Positions 28,856 to 38,769 of a stretch of 64,000 nucleotides of DNA are shown piece after piece. Each line of letters starts with the position of its first letter. Position 1 is the stretch's first letter. The DNA comes from Candidatus Nezhaarchaeales archaeon. Lineage in GTDB: Archaea; Thermoproteota; Methanomethylicia; Nezhaarchaeales; WYZ-LMO8. The stretch lies in assembly GCA_038887515.1 (NCBI GenBank), contig JAWAKK010000001.1:704001-768000 (forward strand). The letters are read 5' to 3'. Made by a program: the position numbers and the translations under genes. Below the pieces are notes generated by a model, which was not told where the DNA came from, made no database searches, and was given only the letters and a program-made list of their open reading frames with translations.

Positions 28856-29404
28856 TCAACTCCTTAGGGCTGAGGAGATCCTTTGAACTATCAAGTTCGT
28901 TAACGAATCCCTATTCGATAGCGTAAGCTCTATAACTTCGAAATCCCTTCCGCTCCTTATGTAGTCTAGGAGCGGGTGCCTAAGCTTATAGTGGAGCGTC
29001 GCTAGTAGAGGCTTCTCAGAATCTAAAGCTCTCTCGACCGCTTCAATGAACCTCTGGGACTTGAGCTCCATGGGTCCTATCTCGTCTACGACTAACAAGT
29101 CGCATTTTTCTAAAGCTCTCGATATAGAGTTAACGGCGAAGGAGTCCAAGTTCTCTACGTGTACCAGGTACTTACCAACCCTAGGCCCTGAAGCCGAGCT
29201 TACTGATGCCAGTTGGGCTTCGGCCCCGCTTTCAACGTCAACGATCTTGAAGCCCGTTCTAACCCCCCTACTTCTAACTTCAAGCGTTACTATTCCGCCA
29301 ACCTTAAATTTCATGCTTTTTAGCTTTTCAACCACTTTAAATACCAGTGTGGTCTTACCTACCCCGGGTCTACCAGTCACAAATATCTTGTTCTTCAGGG
29401 CCAT
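28856..29404 (-). CDS. Nucleoside-triphosphatase (THEP1/NTPase_1)
   Basis: TGRPGVGKTT, EVR..G.R.GF, VGKY, DEIGPME. Confidence 0.92.
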   Translation of the reverse strand: MALKNKIFVTGRPGVGKTTLVFKVVEKLKSMKFKVGGIVTLEVRSRGVRTGFKIVDVESGAEAQLASVSSASGPRVGKYLVHVENLDSFAVNSISRALEKCDLLVVDEIGPMELKSQRFIEAVERALDSEKPLLATLHYKLRHPLLDYIRSGRDFEVIELTLSNRDSLTNLIVQRISSALRS

Positions 29405-29460
29405 CCTAACTACATCTTGAAGGCTTAATAATTAAGTGTTACTTAGGTATTTTTATCTAC

Positions 29461-30222
29461 TTGAAGCTTCTTATGGAACCTGACGTTGATATTGCATGTT
29501 TGGAGTTAAGGGCCAGCCTAACGAACAGCGAAGCGATAATAATGGTTGGAGGCTGCGAAGTCGAATATAGTGGGCGCGCAAGCTCAACGTTGACTAGGGG
29601 TGAAAAATAGTCGTAGTAAAGCAAGATGGCTCTGTTCTAGTCCATGGACCTGAAGGTTACGAGCCCGTTAACTGGCAACCGCCCGGCTGTCTATTTAAGG
29701 TGGCTAGCCTAAGTGGACTACTAAAGATCGTTGCTACGAGGCCTAGCCCTCGCGAGGTTTTGACGATATCGTTCCATAAGATCCATATGATGGCCTGTAG
29801 GAAGCTACATGACGCAGGAGCATTCTCTATGTATGTGAGCGAGGACGAGATGAAGGAGGCTATAAGGCTTAACCCATCGTTAATCGAGGAGGGGGCTTAA
29901 AATCTTGACCTCAGAGAAGGGTCTCGGAGAAGCTGGCTACGCAGGTTTTGTAGGCGAGGATTCTAAAGGAAACTTCGTAGTGATAGAAGTCAAGAGAGGA
30001 ACTACGGGAGAAGAAGTCATACAGCTCGCTAGGTACGTTAACGAAGCTAAACAGAGGGTTAATAGATCCGTTAGGGGAATACTCGTCGCCTCCCCATTGA
30101 AGAAGAAGGGGCAACTACTCTTAGAACGATTTAAGCTCGACTTCAAGGCGTTAACGCCTGAGAATTGTAGGAAGTTCTTAAAGAAAGCTTCAGGTACGAG
30201 CCTACTTGAGTTCATGGAGTGA
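29461..30222 (+). pseudogene. nucS: Endonuclease NucS/EndoMS, frameshifted
   Basis: C.V.Y.GRA.S, K.DG..LVH, PVNWQP, E.KR and QL.RY are spread over three frame segments. Frameshifts lie at A5 (29603-29607) and G5 (29891-29895). Confidence 0.88.
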
Positions 30223-31744
30223 GCGAGATTAGCTTCAAAACTGCGCTGTTCATCTCTTCAGTAAAGATCGTCGGGTACAAGCCCAGGAACAGCGATATGA
30301 TAGCCATGACTATTAGCGGAGCGAGGAAACTTAATGAGGCCTCTTTAACTCCATTAAGTTGCGGTGGGGTTTGTCCGAAAAGTATTCTCCTTATGGGCCA
30401 AAGCGCGTAAGCGAATGTTAAGACTGTTGCCACTATGGCCACTACGACTATAAATATCTTAAACGACTCGGAGGCTAGAGAGGCAGAACCTATAGCGCTC
30501 GTAAATATCATCCATTCACTTATGAAGCCGCTAGTGAAGGGTACTCCCATTAGTGTGAAGAAGCCTATAAACATAGTTACAGCAGTGTAAGGCATTTTAC
30601 CCGCTAGCCCTCCCATCTGGCTTATGCTCCTCGTACCGACTTGGAGCGTAAATACGCCGACTAAGAGGAACAATATCGCTTTGCCCATGGCGTGGGCTAC
30701 GTAATGAAACATGGAGCCCGTGGCGCCTATAATGGCTAAGTTCTCGGCTTTCATGCTTATTGCTAAGGCCGCAGCTCCAAGGCCTAGCAATATGTAGCCC
30801 ATCTGGCTTATGCTCGAGTAGGCTAGCAACCTCTTAAGGTCCTCTTGACTTAAAGCGTTGGCAGCTCCGTATATCATAGTTATAGTGGCTAGGACTATCA
30901 TCGCCGTAGAGACGTATTGCAAGGCAGGCGTGTAGAGGAAAACTATCCTAACTATGGCGTAGGCCGCCAAACCGCTCATAGCTGACGAGAGCAGAGCCGT
31001 TATCGGTGTAGGGGCTTCGACGTAGGTGTCTGGAAGCCAGCTGTGAAGTGGGAAGATCGCCATCTTCACGAAGAAGCCTATGAGCATCGCCGAAACGATT
31101 GCCGTTAGGACCTCAACGCTAGGGTTAAGTTGCGCTATCTTTAATGGAATTTCATATATCTCAAGAGTATGAAGGTAGCCGTTGGTCGCAACTATCCCTG
31201 CTAGGAAGCAAAGCGCTCCAGCTTCGGTGAACAAGAAGTACTTTAAAGCGACCTTCTCCTTCTCGCCGGTGCCCCACTCGTTTATTAGGGCCCAAGAGGC
31301 TACGACCGCGATTTCGAAGAATACGAAGAACTCTACTAGGTTTGTGGAGAGAGCTAGCCCTATCATTCCTAGGAAGAATAGCTGGTAGAGACTGAAGAAG
31401 ATGCCCATGTTTGGCGAGTCCTTCATGAGTTTTATCGTGTATAGAGCAGTTAGAGCCGCGACTATTGCTACCGTCAAAGCTATTGGCGAGCTTAGGCCGT
31501 CAGCCTTGAAACCAAACCTCAACGCTATGCTGTCCGTTATAACCCAATCGTACACCTTCTCATAGGATGAAGCTACGCCCGTAAAGATCTTATACGTCGA
31601 AATTCCGAAAATTCCTATCGAAAATAATGAGAGTAAGAAGGATATAAGGCCATTCCACCTGCCTAAGAGCTTGTTGAGCCCTAAGATTATTAGCGACGCT
31701 ATCGCAGGTAATATTACGGTGTAAGGAAGAAGTTCTTCTATCAT
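30212..31744 (-). CDS. nuoM: Antiporter-like membrane subunit, NuoM-like
   Basis: FFVFFE, A.KYFLFT, K...FPLH.WLP, DLKRLLAYSSISQMG, F.SE. Confidence 0.8.
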   Translation of the reverse strand: MIEELLPYTVILPAIASLIILGLNKLLGRWNGLISFLLSLFSIGIFGISTYKIFTGVASSYEKVYDWVITDSIALRFGFKADGLSSPIALTVAIVAALTALYTIKLMKDSPNMGIFFSLYQLFFLGMIGLALSTNLVEFFVFFEIAVVASWALINEWGTGEKEKVALKYFLFTEAGALCFLAGIVATNGYLHTLEIYEIPLKIAQLNPSVEVLTAIVSAMLIGFFVKMAIFPLHSWLPDTYVEAPTPITALLSSAMSGLAAYAIVRIVFLYTPALQYVSTAMIVLATITMIYGAANALSQEDLKRLLAYSSISQMGYILLGLGAAALAISMKAENLAIIGATGSMFHYVAHAMGKAILFLLVGVFTLQVGTRSISQMGGLAGKMPYTAVTMFIGFFTLMGVPFTSGFISEWMIFTSAIGSASLASESFKIFIVVVAIVATVLTFAYALWPIRRILFGQTPPQLNGVKEASLSFLAPLIVMAIISLFLGLYPTIFTEEMNSAVLKLISLTP

Positions 31745-33790
31745 CTACCACAACCCCCCTAGCTTAAGCAACATTAATGCTATTATTATGAGTCCTATCA
31801 ACATGCCTACGATGTTGTAGTTGAGGAAACCTGTCTGCAACCTCCTAAACCTGGAGGCAAAGCCTACAACGCTCGATGCAAAGCCGGTTACTGCTCGATA
31901 GAACCCCTTGACTTCAATCCAGTTGTAGAGGCCCCGAGACGCTGAAATTAGAGGGTACACAAAAGCGTTGTAGTACATTTTATTTATGAACCACCTCTTG
32001 AAGAAGAACGTATGGAGTGCACGTAGCACCAGACTCTTAGACACTATAGCTGAAGGATTTACCCTCTTACTTATGTACATGAAGTACGCTGGGACTGCGC
32101 CTATAATGAGCATGGCTATCGCTATTGGTAACGTTATGAACTGGGGACTTACCGCCTCGGCTTCTACATGCATCGCTAGCGAATGTAATACCGAGTATGG
32201 AGCCATGCTTGAGAAAGCATGGTGAAGAGATTCTTCTACCCACAATCCAACAATCCCTATGCCGAGGGAGGATATAGCCAGTATTGCGTAGGGCACGTAC
32301 ATTATCGGGCTTGCCTCCTCGATCTTATGCCCTTCAGCCTCGAGCTCTATAATCCTATGACTTTTCTCTCCATGGAACGTAAGCCCCATCATTCTAACAG
32401 TGTAAAAGGCCGTTAGCGCCGCTGTTACTATTGCTAATACGAATGGGCCTACTAGACCCGCCTCCCAGCTTACAGTTAAGACGGCTTCTTTACTCCAGAA
32501 ACCGCTGAATGGTGGTACTCCTGCTAGCGATAGGGCGGCAAGCCAAGTTGCTACATACGTTATAGGCATATACTTTCGGAGGCCACCCATGTGGTACATA
32601 AACCTAGACTCGACAGCGTGTATTATAGCTCCAGCCGCGAGGAATAGAGCTGCTTTAAAGATTGCGTGGCTCATTAAGTGAAACATTCCTGAAGTTAACC
32701 CTTCAACTACTCCGTGCGCTAATAGGCCCCCAGCCCCCAGCGCTAAGAACATGTAACCTATTTGGCTAATGGTTGAATAGGCCAACACCTTCTTTATCTC
32801 CCTTGAAACCATTGCTTGTGTCGCAGCGAGGAAGGCTGTAAAGGCACCTATCCACGCAATCGTAGTGAAGAAGGTCGATAGTTCCGATATACCTAGTACG
32901 TGATAGGCAAACCAGAATATAGGGAGGACTCTTGCTACTAGGTACACTCCAGCCTTAACCATGGTAGCAGCATGTATAAGGGCGCTAACGGATGTTGGAC
33001 CAGCCATAGCGTCGGGAAGCCATTCGTGAAGCGGAAACTGAGCCGACTTTCCCACCGGGCCCATGAAGAATAGGATTGCCGCCGGAAGTAGAAGCCCAGC
33101 GCTTCTTAACGCCGGAGCCCACTGATCAACCTTATGTAGGAGCTCTGAGTAGCTGAAGGTTCCTGCAAATGCATAGATCATGAATATCGAGGCTAGCAAG
33201 CATATGTCACCAATTCTGGTGGTTATGAAGGCTTTCATACCTGCATGTGATGGTGGATAGGCCTCATCGCCTTCCCCAACCCAACACTTCAACCAGTCAT
33301 CCTTCGAGTCCCTATACCAAAAACCTATGAGAGCGTAGCTGCAGATGCCTACGCCCTCCCAGCCAAAGAACATAAGGAGCAAGTTGTCGGACATCACCAA
33401 GAGGAGCATACTACCGATGAAGAAGTTCATAAAGAACCAATACCTAGTAAGGCCCGGTTCTCCGTGCATGTACTTCAAGGAGTAGATCATTATCAGAAAG
33501 CTGATCCAGGCGACTACGTTGGCCATTATTATGCTTAAGGGGTCTACTACGACGCCCATATCGATTCTTAGCGACGGTATCCAGCTAAAGCTCTCAGAGT
33601 TAAATAGCGGAGGGGGTTCCTTGAACAATAGTGGTATCATGGTCGAGGCGGATACGGCTGCGAATAGCGAAAATAGAACGGCAACGTAATCCCTAACGCG
33701 CGAATTAATTTTTGCGAATAGTGGAGTTAAAGTGGCGCCAACCATTGGCAGGATCCAGCAAAGCCAAGCGCCGACGTATTTAGGCAACAA
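31745..33790 (-). CDS. nuoL: Antiporter-like membrane subunit, NuoL/MrpA-like
   Basis: FGWEGVG, TRIGD, KSAQFPLHEWLPDAMAGPT.VSALIHAATMV, long C-terminal helix with QTG. Confidence 0.9.
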   Translation of the reverse strand: MLPKYVGAWLCWILPMVGATLTPLFAKINSRVRDYVAVLFSLFAAVSASTMIPLLFKEPPPLFNSESFSWIPSLRIDMGVVVDPLSIIMANVVAWISFLIMIYSLKYMHGEPGLTRYWFFMNFFIGSMLLLVMSDNLLLMFFGWEGVGICSYALIGFWYRDSKDDWLKCWVGEGDEAYPPSHAGMKAFITTRIGDICLLASIFMIYAFAGTFSYSELLHKVDQWAPALRSAGLLLPAAILFFMGPVGKSAQFPLHEWLPDAMAGPTSVSALIHAATMVKAGVYLVARVLPIFWFAYHVLGISELSTFFTTIAWIGAFTAFLAATQAMVSREIKKVLAYSTISQIGYMFLALGAGGLLAHGVVEGLTSGMFHLMSHAIFKAALFLAAGAIIHAVESRFMYHMGGLRKYMPITYVATWLAALSLAGVPPFSGFWSKEAVLTVSWEAGLVGPFVLAIVTAALTAFYTVRMMGLTFHGEKSHRIIELEAEGHKIEEASPIMYVPYAILAISSLGIGIVGLWVEESLHHAFSSMAPYSVLHSLAMHVEAEAVSPQFITLPIAIAMLIIGAVPAYFMYISKRVNPSAIVSKSLVLRALHTFFFKRWFINKMYYNAFVYPLISASRGLYNWIEVKGFYRAVTGFASSVVGFASRFRRLQTGFLNYNIVGMLIGLIIIALMLLKLGGLW

Positions 33791-33906
33791 AGCTTGTCAC
33801 CTTCGCAACGCCTTTCTCTGGTTTTGTAGAAATGTATTTAACATTTACTCGTTGAATTACTTGGAGATTAAGCTTCAAATATAATTATAATGCTAGGTGC
33901 AATGCA

Positions 33907-34557
33907 TTGGTAGACGTGGTTTCGTTGATGATGAGTTTTGCAGCGAAGTACTCTTATCTAGGGGTTTTCATAGTCTCGATACTTTCGAACATGGTGCTAT
34001 TCCTTCCTATGCCGTACTTGGCAGCCATACTTCTTCTAGCTGCAACAACCAATATGAATCCATTACTACTTGCCGTCGCAAGCGGCTTAGGATCGGGCGT
34101 TGGAAAGTTGTTTGCTTACTTTATAGGATTCTTTGGAAGAACCTTCCTAAAAGGAAGGCGTAGAGAGAACCTTGACTCCTTAGCTAAAATCGTGGGCAGA
34201 GGCGGGATGATAGCCGCGCTAGTAGTTTCAGCCATCCCTCTCCCGGACGATATAGTCCTTGTCCCCCTAGGAACTATAAAGTACAGCCTAATGAAGTTCT
34301 GGGTGGCGACTACGCTCGGAAAGACGCTCTTAGCGCTACTTACCTGCTACTTTGGAAAAACGCTAGCCATTTTCGTGGAGTACGTCGGTGGGACGCCGTT
34401 AATGTCGGCTCTGATATCAATAGCTATAGTCGTCATAGGCATGGCCATCGTCATAAAAGTCGACTGGATAAGGATAGCGACGATAATCGACGAGGAAGGA
34501 TTAAGAGGGGTCGCTAAGAGGATAAGACGCGAAGGGTTTAAGTGGCTATTTACTTAA
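33907..34557 (+). CDS. DedA/VTT (SNARE-associated) membrane protein
   Basis: P.PY, G.G...G....Y..G, PLPDD, GK motifs. Confidence 0.8.
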   Translation: MVDVVSLMMSFAAKYSYLGVFIVSILSNMVLFLPMPYLAAILLLAATTNMNPLLLAVASGLGSGVGKLFAYFIGFFGRTFLKGRRRENLDSLAKIVGRGGMIAALVVSAIPLPDDIVLVPLGTIKYSLMKFWVATTLGKTLLALLTCYFGKTLAIFVEYVGGTPLMSALISIAIVVIGMAIVIKVDWIRIATIIDEEGLRGVAKRIRREGFKWLFT

Positions 34558-35848
34558 AGAAGTCTGCGATACTTGTTTGGCCTCGGCGATCTCTAGTAGC
34601 TGTGTTAGAGTTAAGGCATTCGTCGTCGAGCATGAGCTTACCATATACGCCGTCGTAACCCGGCTTTACAGCGATAAGCCCACTCCTTACTTTAACTATA
34701 GCTTCAGCTATCCTACCCGGAACTATGCTCTGGAGTTCTTTAAGGTTAGCGTTCAAGAGTACATTGAACTCGTTGCCAAAGCCCTTTATCAACCTCATGT
34801 ATAGCTCCCACACTTGCCCGGAGTATAGCTTTGCCTCCCCTCTAACCTTCAGGCACTCTGCTATGATCTCTGCTAATGGAAGAAGTTTTTTAAAGCCTAT
34901 AACATTAGGAGGTTTAAACCCTCTAGGTCTGTCAGCAAGCTCTTCGACCCTCTGTTCGACGCCCTTAGTTAATGGCTTTCCACAAACTGGACATTTATTG
35001 CCCAGCTTAATAGCCTCTTCAGGGGGCATTGAAACTCCACACCTTCTATGGCCGGTCCAATGGTACTTACCATAAGCTGGGTCTACCTCTATGGTCATTA
35101 GGAACTTAGAAGGATTCTTGCTAACTATAGCCTCCATTAGTTCTCGATAAGAGGGCTCTTTCAAGTAGAAGACGTTCGATTCTCTGCCTAGTCTGTGAGG
35201 GTAGGGGCTATGACTGTCGCTGTTACTCAGGAGGGCTAACCTGTCAAGCGATGAAACTCGCCAGTTCATCTCCGGGTCGGAGCTAAGCCCCGTTTCAAGA
35301 GCCTTTATCTTGTGGCTCTTGTCTCCATAGCATTCTTCAAGGCTATCTACACCACCAATAGAGCCAAAGATCGACCACCACGGAGTCCAAGCGTGAGCGG
35401 GAAATACGAAGACGTCGTCGTCTATATGCAGGAGCGTTTCTACAAGTTCTGCCGGACTTATGGTAAAAACCGGGCGACCATCAGCCTTAAGGTCGCAAAG
35501 GTTAGAGAAAACATCAATTACTTGCTCCGCGACTTCAAGGCTTGGCATCAGTAGGACGTGGTGTATCCTTCTCTTCTTTTTGTCAACTTCATGTATCGTT
35601 CCAACTTCTGCCTGAACCACGAAGTACAGGTCGACCTGAGAATTCTTGATCCTATATAAGCCTGTACCAGGTACTTCTTCTAAGTTTTCCTTTAGCTCTT
35701 TAAGCCACAGCGGGTGAAGTGCGTCACCGGTTCCAATGAGGTTTACTCCCTTTATAGGGGCATATATTGAGAGCCCCTTTATATCCATCTTCTCAGAGGT
35801 AGCTCCGCTATACTTCGAATGGATGTGTAGGTCCGCGTATATAATCAA
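34550..35848 (-). CDS. endoQ: Endonuclease Q (PHP-family DNA repair endonuclease)
   Basis: DLHIHS.YS.A, GTGD..HP.W, PAH..TPW, ETGLSSD, NSD.HS, GKYH..GHR.C, PG.DG.YG, and PIP box QTSIADFF. Confidence 0.9.
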   Translation of the reverse strand: MIIYADLHIHSKYSGATSEKMDIKGLSIYAPIKGVNLIGTGDALHPLWLKELKENLEEVPGTGLYRIKNSQVDLYFVVQAEVGTIHEVDKKKRRIHHVLLMPSLEVAEQVIDVFSNLCDLKADGRPVFTISPAELVETLLHIDDDVFVFPAHAWTPWWSIFGSIGGVDSLEECYGDKSHKIKALETGLSSDPEMNWRVSSLDRLALLSNSDSHSPYPHRLGRESNVFYLKEPSYRELMEAIVSKNPSKFLMTIEVDPAYGKYHWTGHRRCGVSMPPEEAIKLGNKCPVCGKPLTKGVEQRVEELADRPRGFKPPNVIGFKKLLPLAEIIAECLKVRGEAKLYSGQVWELYMRLIKGFGNEFNVLLNANLKELQSIVPGRIAEAIVKVRSGLIAVKPGYDGVYGKLMLDDECLNSNTATRDRRGQTSIADFFK

Positions 35849-35931
35849 TTGAGGTTACCCGCTTACAGCTACGGTTTACGGTTTCGCAGGGAAAAATGTT
35901 TCTTAACTTAATTTATGGATATGTTGTGGAG

Positions 35932-37494
35932 TTACGGCAATCTGAATAGGGATATCGCTGCTTTCTGGGCTGCATCTATTATTGGCCAAGGATAGCACCC
36001 GATCACTATTAGGACTACCATGAGAATTACGAGCGGTGCGACCACTATCGGTGAGACCTCGCTGAGCCCTTTAGTTCTCTCTCCTTTCTGTCTAATAACG
36101 CATATTTGGAGTAGCCTCAAGTAGTACGCCGCGGCAAAGACGCTGTTTACAAGCATTAGTGAGGTTGCTACGTTCATAAACAAGTCGCCTACGCTGTAAC
36201 CAGCCATCAATAGTACAAACTTGCTAACAAAGCCAGCTAGAGGAGGAGCTCCACTTAACGATAGTAGACCTATAGAGAATGAGGCCCCCGCCCACGGCAT
36301 TGCCCTCCCCACGCCCTCGAGGTCATAGATGTTCCTCGTCTTTGCCTTCGTGATGAAGGATCCTGCCGCAAGGAAGAGTAACCCTTTACCTACCGCGTGT
36401 GATAATACATGCAGTAACGCTCCTACAATGCCCATCATTCCTGCGACGAGCGCCGGCTCGGCGCCAGTCATTGACCATAATCGTAGACTGTAGGCTGCTA
36501 CACCTAGCCCGAAGATTATGAAGCCTATATTGACGGTACTGGAGAAAGCTAGGAGTCTCTTTAGGTCCCTCTGTAGCAGGGCCATGATGTTTGCGACCGT
36601 TGCAGTTATAATGGCGAAGACTACGAAGAGGACTCCATAACTAAATGCGGATGGAGAGAATATCGTAAAAGAGCTCCTCGTAATAGCGTAAACAGCCACT
36701 TTGATTACTAAACCAGACAACATTGCACTTATGGAGCTCGGAGCGGCTGGGTGAGCGTCTGGAAGCCACGTGTGGAAGGGTACTATTGATGCCGTGACGC
36801 CGAAACCTACGAATATAAGCGCCAAAGTGATATAGCCGAACCAAGGATCAATAGTAGACTTGGAAAATATCACAGAAAGAGCGGAGAAGTTTAGTGTACC
36901 AGCATAACCATAAAGTAGAGCGATGCCTAGCAACGCTATGAGCGAACCGAAAGTGCTCATAACTAAGTACTTGAACCCAGCTTCTATGGGCTCCCACCTG
37001 TACTTCCTGAACGAAACTAGGGAGTACGAAGATATGCTCATAAGCTCCCAGAATACGAAGAGCGTGAAGAAGTCTCCGGCAACCGCCACCCCAATCATGC
37101 CAGCCACCAATAAGAGTAACAACGTGTAGTACCTGTCTAGGCCCGTATCGTGCTCCATGTACTTTATGGAATAAATAGACACGAGTAACCCTAGTGCACT
37201 AAATAGTAGGACCATGAACATGCTCAACGCATCTACCTTGACCTCGACCCCTAATGGTGGCCCAAACCCTGGGAACGACGATACAATACCTTCAGCTGGC
37301 AGAAGCCCATACATATCTATAGATAGAACTAGAGCTATTAGGAAGCCCAGTGTAGCAAAGATCCCTGAAGAATACTTGAACCCAGCCTTTCCCTCTATAT
37401 AGCCTACTATCGGAGTTAAGGCTGAAAAGACCATAAGCGCTATTATTGGCTTTAAGGCGGTTACAATATCTACCTCGATTGCCAAAGCTACCAC
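35932..37494 (-). CDS. Antiporter-like subunit MrpD/MbhH/NuoN-like
   Basis: DFF.LFVFWE, EAGFKY, PFHTWLPDAH..APS.ISA.LSG, GFVSK. Confidence 0.85.
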   Translation of the reverse strand: MVALAIEVDIVTALKPIIALMVFSALTPIVGYIEGKAGFKYSSGIFATLGFLIALVLSIDMYGLLPAEGIVSSFPGFGPPLGVEVKVDALSMFMVLLFSALGLLVSIYSIKYMEHDTGLDRYYTLLLLLVAGMIGVAVAGDFFTLFVFWELMSISSYSLVSFRKYRWEPIEAGFKYLVMSTFGSLIALLGIALLYGYAGTLNFSALSVIFSKSTIDPWFGYITLALIFVGFGVTASIVPFHTWLPDAHPAAPSSISAMLSGLVIKVAVYAITRSSFTIFSPSAFSYGVLFVVFAIITATVANIMALLQRDLKRLLAFSSTVNIGFIIFGLGVAAYSLRLWSMTGAEPALVAGMMGIVGALLHVLSHAVGKGLLFLAAGSFITKAKTRNIYDLEGVGRAMPWAGASFSIGLLSLSGAPPLAGFVSKFVLLMAGYSVGDLFMNVATSLMLVNSVFAAAYYLRLLQICVIRQKGERTKGLSEVSPIVVAPLVILMVVLIVIGCYPWPIIDAAQKAAISLFRLP

Positions 37495-37814
37495 CTCAAC
37501 CTCCGGAGCTTCTTTAAGTCAAGGGTCTTAAAGTGGCGGTAGGCGTTGATTACCAATGAGAGGGCTAACGCGGCTATCGCTCCTCCAATTACTATCGATA
37601 TTATGACGAAAGTCTGAGCTAAAGGATCTATAATATTGGCAGGATACATCCTCATCCAGCCCAACGATATGAAGGCTGTGTTAACGGCTATGGTCATTAT
37701 TTCTATGCCTATAACGGTCTTTATCATGTTCCTCTTTGAAGCAAGACAGTAGACTCCTATCGCTAGCAGTATTATGGATGTTGCAAAGTAGGCTTGAGGT
37801 GGTAAATACTCCAC
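37488..37814 (-). CDS. nuoK: Membrane subunit NuoK/MrpC/MbhG-like
   Basis: Three TM helices, N.IK..IG.E, DPL.Q..VI..IVIG, TL..L. Confidence 0.8.
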   Translation of the reverse strand: MEYLPPQAYFATSIILLAIGVYCLASKRNMIKTVIGIEIMTIAVNTAFISLGWMRMYPANIIDPLAQTFVIISIVIGGAIAALALSLVINAYRHFKTLDLKKLRRLRW

Positions 37815-37817
37815 TCC

Positions 37818-38189
37818 TTACACCTCCTCCTCAATAGCTTCCTCGCCAAGGGGTTCTACAACAGCTTCCTCTTCTTTAATCACTTCTTTGGGGGGCTCAA
37901 TTCTAAATAGAGCCGTTACACCACAAGCAGCCCCCAATATCAGGAAGGCTTGAGCAAGCATGTCTATTGCCCTATAGTTCCATAGAGTCGTACCCAGCTC
38001 TAGGTTGGATAAGAAAGCCTTGTTGTATAGCTCCTGGGGTACTATGTTCCACCACTTTACTTCAAGTTCTCTAAGCCCTTGACTTAACGTTGAAGCATCC
38101 ACGTAAGGTTGCGGTAGAGGCATAAAGTAGAGGACTGCCAATACCGCTAACGCTAGAATAGCGCTACACGTCACAAGCCCCTTACTCAT
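37818..38189 (-). CDS. Membrane subunit MbhE/MrpB-N-like
   Basis: LWNYRAIDML.Q motif between TM helices; position in the operon. Confidence 0.65.
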   Translation of the reverse strand: MSKGLVTCSAILALAVLAVLYFMPLPQPYVDASTLSQGLRELEVKWWNIVPQELYNKAFLSNLELGTTLWNYRAIDMLAQAFLILGAACGVTALFRIEPPKEVIKEEEAVVEPLGEEAIEEEV

Positions 38190-38422
38190 GCTGCCCGCCT
38201 CCTCCTAATGGTATGTTCAGTTACTGCAAGGAGAACCGAGACGGCGCCAGCGTATATTAGGAGCTGGAACACTGAAGCATAGGGTGCGCCCATCAAATAG
38301 TAGATTATAGCGACGAAGACACTCATTGCCGAGAACGCTATTATGCACCTTACGAGATTTTTAGACTCGACGGCAAATATAGCCGTCAATAACGTTAAGA
38401 ATATCAGCACTATTTCCCACAT
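38186..38422 (-). CDS. Membrane subunit MbhD / NuoJ N-terminal-like
   Basis: Three TM helices, AP.A..FQL.IYAGA. Confidence 0.75.
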   Translation of the reverse strand: MWEIVLIFLTLLTAIFAVESKNLVRCIIAFSAMSVFVAIIYYLMGAPYASVFQLLIYAGAVSVLLAVTEHTIRRRRAA

Positions 38423-38769
38423 GGCTCAACCACCTCTATCCTCCTATTGTAAGTGGCTAATTCGTAAACTTGAGTCATCTTAATAGCTTTCCGAGGACAG
38501 GATTCGGCACACTGAGAACAGAAGGTACATCTGGATACGTAATATTTGGGCTTCTTTTTGCCGTCAGGGGTCACGACAAGCTCAAGAGCGCTCGACGGGC
38601 AATCCTTAACGCATAGGCCGCAACCAATGCATGTATTGTAGTCTATCTCGATCTTACCTCTATAGTCCGGAGGAGGGTTTCTCTTCTCGAATGGATAAAG
38701 GATTGTAGCTCTCTTTTGAAATGCGTTTTTCAGCACTTCACCGAATAGTGGCACTGCCAACCACCTCAA
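38410..38769 (-). CDS. nuoI: 2[4Fe-4S] subunit NuoI/MbhN-like
   Basis: T..YP, RG, CIGCGLCVKDCP, CTFCSQCAESCP. Confidence 0.88.
   Translation of the reverse strand: MRWLAVPLFGEVLKNAFQKRATILYPFEKRNPPPDYRGKIEIDYNTCIGCGLCVKDCPSSALELVVTPDGKKKPKYYVSRCTFCSQCAESCPRKAIKMTQVYELATYNRRIEVVEPCGK

Noticed and set aside
29598-29900. Programmed frameshifting to express NucS
   Set aside because: It would need both a -1 and a +1 event, there is no canonical slippery heptamer, and the catalytic Asp is also lost.
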